Positions 9,801 through 18,989 of a DNA stretch of 64,000 bases are shown in pieces (position 1 is the stretch's first letter; the number at the start of each line of letters is the position of its first letter). Made by a program: the position numbers and the translations under genes. The notes under the pieces were generated by a model. It had not been told where the DNA came from. It saw only the letters and a program-made list of their open reading frames with translations, and did no database searches. This DNA is from a virus (taxonomy: Duplodnaviria > Caudoviricetes). The stretch is from positions 8,447 through 72,446 of IMG/VR virus record IMGVR_UViG_3300005805_009498; one strand, 5' to 3'.

Positions 9801-12800
9801 TCTGTTGGGATGTCCCATTGGCTGAAAATGGAGAGGAAAGTATTGTCGCTTCAGGTGCCAAAGATTGTCTTATTGAAAGTCCTGGAGAAATTTCTGTGTT
9901 ATTTGAATTTTTGTTGGGTTGAACCCTAACTGGTATCTCGTCAAAAAAATCCAAATCAATTACATTATAAAAAGAAAGTAATGATAGAGAAACCTTGTTG
10001 AAGTCTATCACCTGTAAACGATCGTTTAATAGGCTGGGTTCTCCGTTTCCGGAGAATTTTATGAGTACCCTTTCTTCCGATTCATCAACGAGAGAACGAA
10101 TGTCAGGAACGCTGTATTGCGAATTGTTCCATCTTTCAACAGTAAGTGGGCTTCCGCTCTTCGATAGTATCTTTGAATCTTCAGACAATAGCGTTGAAAA
10201 GCTTGGTTCCGTCGAAAAAACCTTTAGGTTCGACATGGAATCCAAGTTATAGATGTAATAGTTCGAAGATAGAACATCTTCCGACCTTTTTACTGTTAGA
10301 GGTTTTAGATTTGCCCCGTTTATTTCTGTTATGACTATTGATCTGTAAGGTGCATACATTCCAACAGAAATGTTCGATTGACCCGATTCCGAATAAAGAT
10401 AAAGGATCCCGTTAGAAACCAGAGATTTTAAAGGACAATCAACAAATCTTTGAATAGCGATACTAACAGAAGTAGCCAGGGAATCAGACGCAGAATAATC
10501 AAAATACGTTACTTGGTTTTCCGAAACTTTGACCCTTAAAGCCTGATAATCGGTTTTTAACTTTCCTCCGTAAAAGGTCAAACGATAATTTCCCGTTTCT
10601 AAGGATTCTGCAGAAACAAATCTGAGCGGAATGTTTGATTGAAAGCTTTCGCTGTTTATTAATTCGTAAGAATCCAAATTTACGGGAAAATATTCGTTTG
10701 TGAATATCTCCAATTCTGTGTACAGATCAGTTGAAATAAGCGTGTTTGTAACTATAGGTATTTCTATGATGGTTCCCGGTGTTTTTGTAACGTTGGGACT
10801 TGGGTTGTTTGACCTTATCACAGACCATCTTCTAGAGAATTCTCCGGTTTTCTCTTCTATTGTTATCCTGTCTCCGTATGATAGACTTTGTTCTCCTACA
10901 TAATCATAGAATTTAAACGATATACCGGTGTATGGATCCTTTTGTGTTTTAACAGGAACATTTACGTTGGATTTTGTTCCTATTATAGAACCCAGATCGA
11001 AGGTCTTGGAATCCAAGTCCATTAAACCAACTATAGAATTCTTATAATTTAGGAAAGAGAATGATTTTATAGAAGATGCCTGATCCTTGGATTTTATAAC
11101 AAATTTTCTATTCTTAGAATTTACTATCTTTGGACCAGGAATTGCTCCGTCTGTATCAAACTCCGAAACGTTAATGAAAACCTCATCGGAATGATTGAAC
11201 ACCCCATCTGATTCCAACACATCGAAGAACACCTTTATGTAGGTATCTTCAACTATAACCTTATTCGCAATAAGTATAGAATATGCCGAAGAATTCTTAT
11301 CGAAAAGAACCAAACAATCATTAAACTTGGAATCTTGATCAACTATCGCAGATATCCAATCCTGTATTTCGTTCCCTAATGAATCCTGTTTAGAAAGAAC
11401 CAAACAACGAGATAACGAAGCCTCGGATGAATCGAACTTTATTAATCCCTGATTTAATTCAGAACCACCAGGGTACAGGTCGAATATCCTTATCCAGTAG
11501 TTTATGGAAGTAGAATAGGTTTCGTTCTCAACGAATTCAAGATTCATCAATTTCTTTTGAGCGTTATACGAGGATTTTTCTACGTTTAGGTACTTGACAA
11601 AATCACCATTATCAAGCTCGAGCCTAATCTGTGTTCCGGTTTGTAAAATATCAGAAATGTTCGTCTCGCTAAAAAAAGAAACCTTCAATGTTCTAGAAGC
11701 CTGACTTGTTTCTACTATTTCGATTTCATAACGAGAAGGTATGAGATTATCGTTAAAGTCTATGAGAGAGGGATTAGAAACAGAGAAATTTCTATCGGGT
11801 GTATCGTTAAGATCCACCACAAGTTTAACCCCGTCTGAATTTATTATGGTTGAAGAATTAAAATCGGAATTGCTCGAAGATCTTGTTTGTTTTTGTGTGA
11901 AAAGCGTTGTTGTCGAATCTACGTTAGGTATGAATCTAGAAAGCTCGATATCATCGCAGTACATTCCAAAGTATTGATTTATTTCGTAGATCCCTGATTC
12001 AACATCATCGAACAGAAATTCTATGTTTAATAACTGAGGGTTAACAATCAATCCCCTGGAAAAACCGCTCGATAAGATCTCGTTGAATTCAAAATCTGAT
12101 AAGCCATCTTGTATGTCAACACCTATAAATTCGGTGTGAGAAACCCAATACCCTGTTTCTACCGAAACCCCGTTCCATTTTAATTGGTAACCCTGATTTA
12201 TCGAAACTTCAAGCGGAGGTTTGGAAAAGTTTTCGTTAGATATTAGATTGTTTAGATAAGGACCCAGCTCAGTAGACTGTATGTCTATCATTTTAACAAG
12301 GCTTGCTCCTTCAAGAAGATCTTTGCTATTATTGGTTGCGCTTCTTCTAAATATGGCGAAATACGAAGGAATAGTATCCTTTAACCACAACGGAGCAAAC
12401 ATTCTAAAGGATTCTTGGGTTTCCCTGTTTATTGAAACCCCTGAATTAAAATCTGTTAGGTATTGCTCAGATAAATTTGTTGTAGATACTTCGTAGTCCT
12501 GATTTGGTAATTGATATATCGATGGTTTTGACAGTGTTGAACAAAATCTTGAAATATCTTTTTCAAATCCAAGATTTGTGCACCGTCTTCTGTAACCTTG
12601 TTGTGAGTTTGAACTCGCAGAATATAGCTTATCCATGTAAAGTTCTCCCTCTGAATTAACCTGAAGGGTTATCACAGAAGAAACCGGTATGAATGACCTA
12701 GATAGCTGTGATGTTTGTGCGTTTTTTATTCCCAACGGCGGTTGGTCTATCGTTTTTATAGGAGAATCAACAGGTTCAACTATGAATTCGTATTCTAAAT

Positions 12801-13374
12801 TTTGTGTTATTCCCTGTTGAGATTCAAGCGAAATTGTTGCTGTTTGTCTCGAGTTCACAGAAACAGATGTTGAAACCTTTAAAAAATTCCTTATTTCAAA
12901 CTCTGTAGAAAAAAAACAACGGTTTGTTATTTGTACTGGGTTGTTTTGGGTCGGAAGAGTACCGTTCAAAAATTTATTTAGAGAATCCTTCTCTATCAAA
13001 AATAGAGGAAATTCTCCGTTGTATCCTATGAAATCGACATATATCGAAAGATACGATCCATCAGAAGAAAAAATGTAAAATCTCTTTCCCTTTTCATAAG
13101 CCTTAAAGGAAATATTTGACACACACAATTCTAGGTAATATTCCTCCGATTGTCCTTTCTTTGCATAAAGGGTGTTCTGTTTTATGAGAACAGAAGGTAC
13201 ACTGGGTACGGTAATATAAATGTTTCTTTCTGGACCGGGTCCTATCGTATTTTCAATCGAAAGGATTCCATAACTATCGTTAACGTTAACTTTGTAACTT
13301 AACTCGTTCCTACAAGAATTGTTGGAAACGGGTATGTAAAATGAATCTTGAAATTTGTCTGTGTATATTTTCAT
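6871..13374 (-). CDS. Very large putative virion structural protein (2167 aa)
   Basis: Uninterrupted ORF, beta-rich S/N/T composition, tightly coupled to tail genes; no catalytic motif recognised. Confidence 0.7.
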   Translation of the reverse strand: MKIYTDKFQDSFYIPVSNNSCRNELSYKVNVNDSYGILSIENTIGPGPERNIYITVPSVPSVLIKQNTLYAKKGQSEEYYLELCVSNISFKAYEKGKRFYIFSSDGSYLSIYVDFIGYNGEFPLFLIEKDSLNKFLNGTLPTQNNPVQITNRCFFSTEFEIRNFLKVSTSVSVNSRQTATISLESQQGITQNLEYEFIVEPVDSPIKTIDQPPLGIKNAQTSQLSRSFIPVSSVITLQVNSEGELYMDKLYSASSNSQQGYRRRCTNLGFEKDISRFCSTLSKPSIYQLPNQDYEVSTTNLSEQYLTDFNSGVSINRETQESFRMFAPLWLKDTIPSYFAIFRRSATNNSKDLLEGASLVKMIDIQSTELGPYLNNLISNENFSKPPLEVSINQGYQLKWNGVSVETGYWVSHTEFIGVDIQDGLSDFEFNEILSSGFSRGLIVNPQLLNIEFLFDDVESGIYEINQYFGMYCDDIELSRFIPNVDSTTTLFTQKQTRSSSNSDFNSSTIINSDGVKLVVDLNDTPDRNFSVSNPSLIDFNDNLIPSRYEIEIVETSQASRTLKVSFFSETNISDILQTGTQIRLELDNGDFVKYLNVEKSSYNAQKKLMNLEFVENETYSTSINYWIRIFDLYPGGSELNQGLIKFDSSEASLSRCLVLSKQDSLGNEIQDWISAIVDQDSKFNDCLVLFDKNSSAYSILIANKVIVEDTYIKVFFDVLESDGVFNHSDEVFINVSEFDTDGAIPGPKIVNSKNRKFVIKSKDQASSIKSFSFLNYKNSIVGLMDLDSKTFDLGSIIGTKSNVNVPVKTQKDPYTGISFKFYDYVGEQSLSYGDRITIEEKTGEFSRRWSVIRSNNPSPNVTKTPGTIIEIPIVTNTLISTDLYTELEIFTNEYFPVNLDSYELINSESFQSNIPLRFVSAESLETGNYRLTFYGGKLKTDYQALRVKVSENQVTYFDYSASDSLATSVSIAIQRFVDCPLKSLVSNGILYLYSESGQSNISVGMYAPYRSIVITEINGANLKPLTVKRSEDVLSSNYYIYNLDSMSNLKVFSTEPSFSTLLSEDSKILSKSGSPLTVERWNNSQYSVPDIRSLVDESEERVLIKFSGNGEPSLLNDRLQVIDFNKVSLSLLSFYNVIDLDFFDEIPVRVQPNKNSNNTEISPGLSIRQSLAPEATILSSPFSANGTSQQKNLKLSVNIAENIYTEWRNWDPQKEPDFLDQNKRKQRGTNVVENSQFPFVWNILKSPNQFKIQYLNKDKQWVDYQISYPTVTTTTDFYISDYFLNYDYNASEMWSVDIVYGKPPVGSAGGGFDLQAVMNALISFMYQLPADEKRLRVFSEIKRLVSFAFNKLGQQNIDKTSNSGTYVYTTILPIDDDHLDYRYTTNLEQGTYSVVIESDDQSAQPESDPIELGFNGITEETSITNFATSTQSVNNKLENTSGRWKRRNTVNVDMAPYLINVDPNLLPYDMFVNATESGISKTAFSLDWYLISGWPKFYPLQEVEKTYEYIGKRISIDDLKSTTYDYFTDYLTVGYGEEVFSGGAQREKRFLWTTIEQGNTGYTTTFKGIPLVFDSKINISGSKFAAILQVEPELDKPSKISLIYNEVWKTLTLFVQINVDSYSIDGSISLQQLYDLRFNYENTESGKIYGPMMVYGSDILEFSKVNRAYNEDETVLINTPSEGDDQNEYNQYQYKNVKIIKYDNRQKDIEIFGVKYFPNVDYIVSGTVFSGSGQELKIDIVIPRSRVRGVFDPELQKERLFIDGIYSDNFFGVISDVDRTLAVTYVNYSENNVISIGGKTTFIQKAKVYAIGDWPIYLDTLNSITANSIISRMNLMDFDDILVNLNTDEAKSKIKISYLNPSVIRPTKIKEANLDEFGNVNIRERESNTNIFRLDGEFEPSYKNIVSFAASEDVSITKQVLNSFKGYNTYVLQVNPLSIWYKRVSEKGVNFGTINMNGKLLKLPYAIGRRNFSPITDVWGSDFYVMAEDEFVDVPIEGIKDPVDHKFFLASKSMSVPTFFRTNTYSCLDFSVPSNSSESAVFYSSIGTGLKIHIDFDRVISDHLFNSGVFSFFSSIWEELNTTLSPYEISKEYINRNLLYRYSVESIEVYERPFSRTEVVSIEASPESEGFKMVDSIGIQESRSFDFDIPVDGTKQILLAFNIKRR

Positions 13375-13375
13375 T

Positions 13376-16300
13376 TTACGATTGTGTTGATGTTACTGTT
13401 GTTGTAGTATATTCTGTCACCGTTTGTGCGGTGTACGATGCGTTAACGATGAAATCAAAAGAGAACGTAGGTTCTCCTTTTATCGATATGTCCATTCCTA
13501 ATCCCCTGACATAGGTTAAGTTTGCTATGACTCCGTTTAGTGCTCCTCCGACGTTTCCTAAATAATCGACCATCCTGTATTGAAAAACCACAGGTATTGT
13601 AATTTGATTCTCGGATCCAAAATCCAATTCTACAGAAGAATCCAAACCTGTTCCCTTAACCTTTATAGCCTCCATGCTAGGAGCCTCCACGAACAAATAG
13701 GATCCAACCGTATTTGAACCTATGAGATATCTATCATTCTGGTAGAACGATTGTTTCATAGGATAAGGCCAATTAGATCCAACAATGGTGGAAAAATCTG
13801 AGTAAGAAGCCTGTGGAGAAGGAAGGTTATTTATTGGAGAAGAGGTGAATGTAGAAGCATGATAAAACTGAGGGTACCTAAAGGGAGCGTTTGACGCCAG
13901 AGAAGGGTTTGTATTGTTTAGATTTTGAGAATTGAAGTATTGATCAATAGTCAATGAAGATGCCGTTTGCAAATTAGGTTGGTTTGCACCATCTACAACT
14001 CTAATGAACTTCACAGCAGGGTGATCTATGCTTACGCAAAAGTTGCTTAACGCTCCCCCGCCTAGTGGCTTTAGATATTGTATTCCGTTTATGGTAACTG
14101 TATTTGTTGTATCAAATGTTCCGTTCCAAACCTTTGTGTTTGCTGTCCCTGATGAGGTCGGTTTTAACAATTGTGCGTTTGTAAAATACCTTGTTCCACC
14201 GTTGGCTGCTACATTTCTAACGTAGATGAATTGCCCTGCCTGTTGACGAGACTGGAAAGGAACAGGTTGCATTGCAACGTTTTCTACATCATAGAAATTT
14301 GCTTTTCCCCTTTGAGGTGCGATCGCCAATCCAATAGGAGCTATATCGTACTGTTTTTGTGCATAGTCCGATGGAACTTGTATTCCCTTGAATGTAGATA
14401 AAATAGAAACCGGGGTTCTTGGAAGAAGATCTGTTAGAAGACCCGGGAATTGTGATATGAGCTGAAGAGGAGTGGCCGAAGTGTTATCAATAATAACATC
14501 GTATCTCTTTGTTATTATTGCACCTGCTCTTTCGGTAGAAGGAACCGCCTTTAGATCCTCTGTGTAAAAACCCGAGTTTACCTTTATAGTAGCGCCGTTT
14601 GAAACGGTTGTTATGTTTCCAAAAGGATCTTTGATCCTAACCCTTAGTGTGCCTCTCGCGCTCTCTATCTTGGTCTGTAACGCAGTTATTTTTTCTTCTA
14701 GTTCACGAATCTTTTGGTTTATAGTTACCAACGAGGACCCTGTTAAGCTGTAATATATCGAGTCTCCGGAGTGGGCTATGTATGAACTGCCTACCTGTTG
14801 CACCTGTTGTAGGTGTTGGTTTATTCCAAGGTTTGTTATTGTATCTTGCAATCCCTGTTGGGCAAGCCTTGTTTGTATTGAGTTAACCAGGTTTGCTAAA
14901 TCTGGACTGACCAACGAATCTGGAAAATCAACTATTATGCTTGAAGAAAAATCGCTCTCTAACGGATTAGATGGCCATCCTGCTTCTGATATACTTGCTA
15001 CCTGTATCTCTAACCTCTCACCCTGGGTTATTGCAAGGTTTAACTGTTGTGTGTTTACCTGATTAGGGTCCTGTATATCGCTTCCTGTCCAAACTACCCT
15101 TCCATCGGGAAGAACCGTTTTTGTTCTTGGCTTAGTTACGAACTCTTCATATCTAGAAAAATAAGCAGAGGTGTCAGCGCCGGACGTGGTTGTGAAAGGT
15201 ATCTGTCTTGCAGATGCAACAGAATCGTTAACAGGAAGATACCTGTACTTTACCCTGAACGCAACTATTTCTTCTTTTCTACCGCTTGTCGATGTTGTGG
15301 CGGTAGGTATTTCCCAAAAACCGAACACTGAATACTTTGCATTCGTTGTAGACAGGTTGGGGTTTTGGTTTATGAAATTCTGTGCGCGCGTTAACAGACC
15401 CGCATTTTGTTCGTTCAACGAATCTATTTGCGACTGTAAGCTCTTCTTTGATGATTGATAGGATTGAACCTGGGAAGTAGAAAGATTTGCGTTCGAAGTA
15501 AGTATCGAATTTATCTTGTTTATTTCCGAACCAAGGCTCGATATAGTCCTATCGTTTATCTGTATCTGGTTGTAAATCTGATTTATCTCTTGTTCAGATT
15601 TTACTCCCTCCAACTGATCGTTTAATCTTTGAACGGTAAAATTTTGAGGAAGTATCTGAGGAGGAGAAGGCTTGGTACCAGTTAGTATGCTTACCCTCTT
15701 TTCCCTCGCCTGCGCCAATAATTCTTCGCTGAGATCCACAACACGTGTGTTATAAAAATCGGTTATTGTTTGATTTCCTGCTGCAGTTTGATAAAAAAGT
15801 TCGTTGCTGTAAAAAGCTACGCCAGGAGACCATTCCGAAGACATGATGTTATCGAATATCGGTTTCATGAAGATTATCTGATACTCGTCCACCGTTATAG
15901 GAACAGAAATTATCTGTGAGTTGTAGAGCTCGCTCTGTATGCTAAGTTCATCTACTCCTATGGCGATTACGTCCTCGCCCTGTAGCCTCTTTAGTGTTAC
16001 AACGTTTGTCGTAGAATCCACCTCTTGGACAGCGAACGTAGATGCTCCTTTCACCAATACATCTCCGGGTTTCAACGTCTGATTTGATCTTATCCTTGAT
16101 ATGCTATCGGTGTAAGATAAAGAAGAAAAGGTGTATCTTCTTGTGTTTGATTGACCTGATACCTGTTCAAGTACTTGAGTTACCGTAAAGTTTCCAAAGT
16201 AGCGAGGGGTAGATAAAGGTAGATCTATAGTTTCATCGTCGATACTAAAGTTTATTATTCCGTCTGTCAGAAATATAACGGTTTCATCGAACGCGAGATC

Positions 16301-16828
16301 CGGTCGATTTCTAAAGTTATTATTGAATATAGTTTGTTTATCAACAGAGTCTATGTTAAGTATCAGTCTTCTAACCATCACCTTTTTTACAGACGAATCG
16401 ATCTTTCCTGTTAGATCAAATCTAACAACCATCTGCGGTGATACCAAATTGTTAAAGAAGTAATTGTCCCTAGGAACAAAGTTTGTTGGCACAGTCAAAG
16501 AATTTATACGACGAGGGGCCGGATTTAAATTTACAGCTATTACCTTCTGATAACTTCCGTCCTGCTGTCTAACCAAAACATCTGTTTGACCTATTCCCGC
16601 AAGCTGATTTATGTTGTTATTTAGTCTCTTTAGTTCGTTGTTTATGTAACCCAAGGAAGGTATAGTAAGGCTAGAAACCTGACTATTTTCTAAAGTCAAC
16701 TGCACATCTATAGATTCGCTTGATGTACTCGCAGTAAGAGCAAGAGTGTTCAATATCTCTATTGCATTCTTGTTTATTCTTGTTAGTTCTGCTATGAAAC
16801 TATTTGAGCTATTGAATACTGCGGACAT
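13376..16828 (-). CDS. Putative baseplate/tail structural protein with central coiled coils (1150 aa)
   Basis: Long ORF in the tail operon with coiled-coil segments and beta-sandwich-like regions. Confidence 0.65.
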   Translation of the reverse strand: MSAVFNSSNSFIAELTRINKNAIEILNTLALTASTSSESIDVQLTLENSQVSSLTIPSLGYINNELKRLNNNINQLAGIGQTDVLVRQQDGSYQKVIAVNLNPAPRRINSLTVPTNFVPRDNYFFNNLVSPQMVVRFDLTGKIDSSVKKVMVRRLILNIDSVDKQTIFNNNFRNRPDLAFDETVIFLTDGIINFSIDDETIDLPLSTPRYFGNFTVTQVLEQVSGQSNTRRYTFSSLSYTDSISRIRSNQTLKPGDVLVKGASTFAVQEVDSTTNVVTLKRLQGEDVIAIGVDELSIQSELYNSQIISVPITVDEYQIIFMKPIFDNIMSSEWSPGVAFYSNELFYQTAAGNQTITDFYNTRVVDLSEELLAQAREKRVSILTGTKPSPPQILPQNFTVQRLNDQLEGVKSEQEINQIYNQIQINDRTISSLGSEINKINSILTSNANLSTSQVQSYQSSKKSLQSQIDSLNEQNAGLLTRAQNFINQNPNLSTTNAKYSVFGFWEIPTATTSTSGRKEEIVAFRVKYRYLPVNDSVASARQIPFTTTSGADTSAYFSRYEEFVTKPRTKTVLPDGRVVWTGSDIQDPNQVNTQQLNLAITQGERLEIQVASISEAGWPSNPLESDFSSSIIVDFPDSLVSPDLANLVNSIQTRLAQQGLQDTITNLGINQHLQQVQQVGSSYIAHSGDSIYYSLTGSSLVTINQKIRELEEKITALQTKIESARGTLRVRIKDPFGNITTVSNGATIKVNSGFYTEDLKAVPSTERAGAIITKRYDVIIDNTSATPLQLISQFPGLLTDLLPRTPVSILSTFKGIQVPSDYAQKQYDIAPIGLAIAPQRGKANFYDVENVAMQPVPFQSRQQAGQFIYVRNVAANGGTRYFTNAQLLKPTSSGTANTKVWNGTFDTTNTVTINGIQYLKPLGGGALSNFCVSIDHPAVKFIRVVDGANQPNLQTASSLTIDQYFNSQNLNNTNPSLASNAPFRYPQFYHASTFTSSPINNLPSPQASYSDFSTIVGSNWPYPMKQSFYQNDRYLIGSNTVGSYLFVEAPSMEAIKVKGTGLDSSVELDFGSENQITIPVVFQYRMVDYLGNVGGALNGVIANLTYVRGLGMDISIKGEPTFSFDFIVNASYTAQTVTEYTTTTVTSTQS

Positions 16829-16829
16829 A

Positions 16830-18971
16830 TTATCTAATTTTTTCGGTATTGAAAGTAAATGTGTTCTTATCCAAACAAACTATTTCGATGTATGGTGTGT
16901 TTCCTGAGAGCGCAAAGCTGTTAGCATCAAAAGATCCTACAACTACGCTATACGGTGAGCTAGCGCCAGATTTGTTTGACGCATCTGTCAATATGGTGAA
17001 CTTTCTATCAAACAGGGTTGATGTCTTCAAGAGATTCACCGGTGTAGAAAAACAAACCCTTATCACCTGACCGGTTTCGAAATCGTTTTGCGAATCATCT
17101 ATCAATAAAACCATATCTAGGTTTGGTTCGAACACTGCATTATTTGCTGTTTTAAAAAGCAAGTAGTTTGTTCCAGTCGTTAGACTTGCGTTGTAATTGT
17201 AAGATGTCGGCGTCTGACTATATTGCTCTAAATCGATGAAAGGCTTAGACGCATCAAAATTATAACCCTCTCTGGTGTTGTTTATAAACACCTTTCCTCC
17301 CTGTTTTAGTATGGAAATTCCAGGACCAGATTTTAAAACGTCTGTGTTATATTGAACCTCTACACTTGATTTATTGTTGTAGATGTTTAATATTTCCTGG
17401 TAGTTTCTATTTATCAGTTCAACAAGCGCCTTTGAATTTGTAAAATATGCCTGTGATGTCAAATACTGATCCTCAAGTGTTGTCACCCTTGAATCAAGGG
17501 AGTCTATCGAACTTTGGGTTATCATCAGATCTTTTGTTTCATCGATCTGTTTTTGTAAATTAGAGACGTCTGCTATTTGCGTTAAAAGGAGATCGCTTGC
17601 GTTACGAAGTTCTGTCAATGCATCGCTAAAAAGCTGCATAGAGAACGTATTGTAATCGTTTATGCTTGCCTGAACTGAGGTATCCTCGACGTTTGTGTCA
17701 AGTCTAAGATTTATCCTAAACCCGTAAGAATTTCCATTCATGTTGGTATTCTTATTTGGTTTGTATTTTGTAAATCTTGGAATGAACGCGCCAGAGGTTG
17801 ACGATTGAACATCATCAAGGAATAAAACCCCGTACAGATTTGTTGCCCTTTCGTTTGGATCTGATTGGGAAACAATATCATAGTAAACTAGAACCGCATT
17901 AAAATCAAACGTCACGCTTCCTGTGGTAACGTTAAATTGCTGCCATGCGTTTATCGCATTGTTCTGTACTGCCTGTTGGTAGTTAGAAAGACCAAAATCT
18001 ATTCCTATTCCATCTAGTCTGCTACGTCTAAAATAAACGTCCTCTCCTGCCATTGATCCCAGACCGGTGATTCTAAGATCGTCGTTTCTTGGATCGTTTA
18101 ATCTTATTGGTTCCAACAAGTAGCTGTTGTTATTAGGGAAAGACCACCACCATTCGTCGTTTACATAAAGTCCGTTGGAATCCTTTTTTGCCAATTGATA
18201 TGTTGGTTCTTCATATGCTCCCTCGGAATCATAATAAGCCCTAAAATCCAATCCTGCCGGTTGTGTGTCTTCCGCTGTTCTCCCTGATATGTAAACGGAA
18301 TCTATAGGGTTGGTTGCATTATATTGAAAAACCGCATTTGCCCCGTAGTTTAAATCCTTTGTATCGCTCTTTAGAAGAACATAAGGAGAACTTCCTGTTT
18401 CTGTGGGTATGTGAATGTAAATCTCAGCCTGGGTGTTTCCTTGAAACTTCGATGTATTCGTTATATCGATGTCACCAACGTATTTTATCACCCGTGAATA
18501 AAAAGAGGTTTCGTCCTCTTCTACAAACCTTTGACCCACGTTTGTGCTGTTCGTTGAGGTTTCCGAAGAATTTGCTTCCCTAAACCTAACAGCTCCTATC
18601 TCTTTAAGCCATTTAAAGAATACTCTCTCGGAAACTGTTGGAAGTTTTGTAGAGTCGTAATTGGGATCGCTTGTTATTAGGGTTTCTAAATTAAGCGCAT
18701 AGTTCTGAAAGGATTCCGCAAAGGCTATGTTAGGGTCGTTAGAGGTATCGTAGACCTTAGAAAAAGCCCCTGGGATTGATCTCAGTTGTATGTAATTTTC
18801 ATCGTTATTTGGTAAAGCGATGTTTGGTATGTTGAGTAATGCGAACTTTGAGAACGATATGTTATAGTTCGGATTTGTGAACGTAAAACTAAGGTCCTCG
18901 ACGCACGAAGGAAAGGTATAGAACGTTCCTCCTTGTACTCTTATGGGTCTTATAAAGGGTGCTACTGCCAT
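16830..18971 (-). CDS. Putative tail structural protein (713 aa)
   Basis: Long ORF with a coiled coil near the C-terminal third; preceded by the AATATATAAG motif. Confidence 0.65.
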   Translation of the reverse strand: MAVAPFIRPIRVQGGTFYTFPSCVEDLSFTFTNPNYNISFSKFALLNIPNIALPNNDENYIQLRSIPGAFSKVYDTSNDPNIAFAESFQNYALNLETLITSDPNYDSTKLPTVSERVFFKWLKEIGAVRFREANSSETSTNSTNVGQRFVEEDETSFYSRVIKYVGDIDITNTSKFQGNTQAEIYIHIPTETGSSPYVLLKSDTKDLNYGANAVFQYNATNPIDSVYISGRTAEDTQPAGLDFRAYYDSEGAYEEPTYQLAKKDSNGLYVNDEWWWSFPNNNSYLLEPIRLNDPRNDDLRITGLGSMAGEDVYFRRSRLDGIGIDFGLSNYQQAVQNNAINAWQQFNVTTGSVTFDFNAVLVYYDIVSQSDPNERATNLYGVLFLDDVQSSTSGAFIPRFTKYKPNKNTNMNGNSYGFRINLRLDTNVEDTSVQASINDYNTFSMQLFSDALTELRNASDLLLTQIADVSNLQKQIDETKDLMITQSSIDSLDSRVTTLEDQYLTSQAYFTNSKALVELINRNYQEILNIYNNKSSVEVQYNTDVLKSGPGISILKQGGKVFINNTREGYNFDASKPFIDLEQYSQTPTSYNYNASLTTGTNYLLFKTANNAVFEPNLDMVLLIDDSQNDFETGQVIRVCFSTPVNLLKTSTLFDRKFTILTDASNKSGASSPYSVVVGSFDANSFALSGNTPYIEIVCLDKNTFTFNTEKIR

Positions 18972-18977
18972 GTATGT

Positions 18978-18987
18978 CTTATATATT
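18978..18987 (-). promoter_or_regulatory. Candidate phage promoter motif AATATATAAG
   Basis: Lies in the 18-nt gap just upstream of the 18971 ATG; matches the motif recurring before other genes. Confidence 0.5.
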
Positions 18988-18989
18988 TC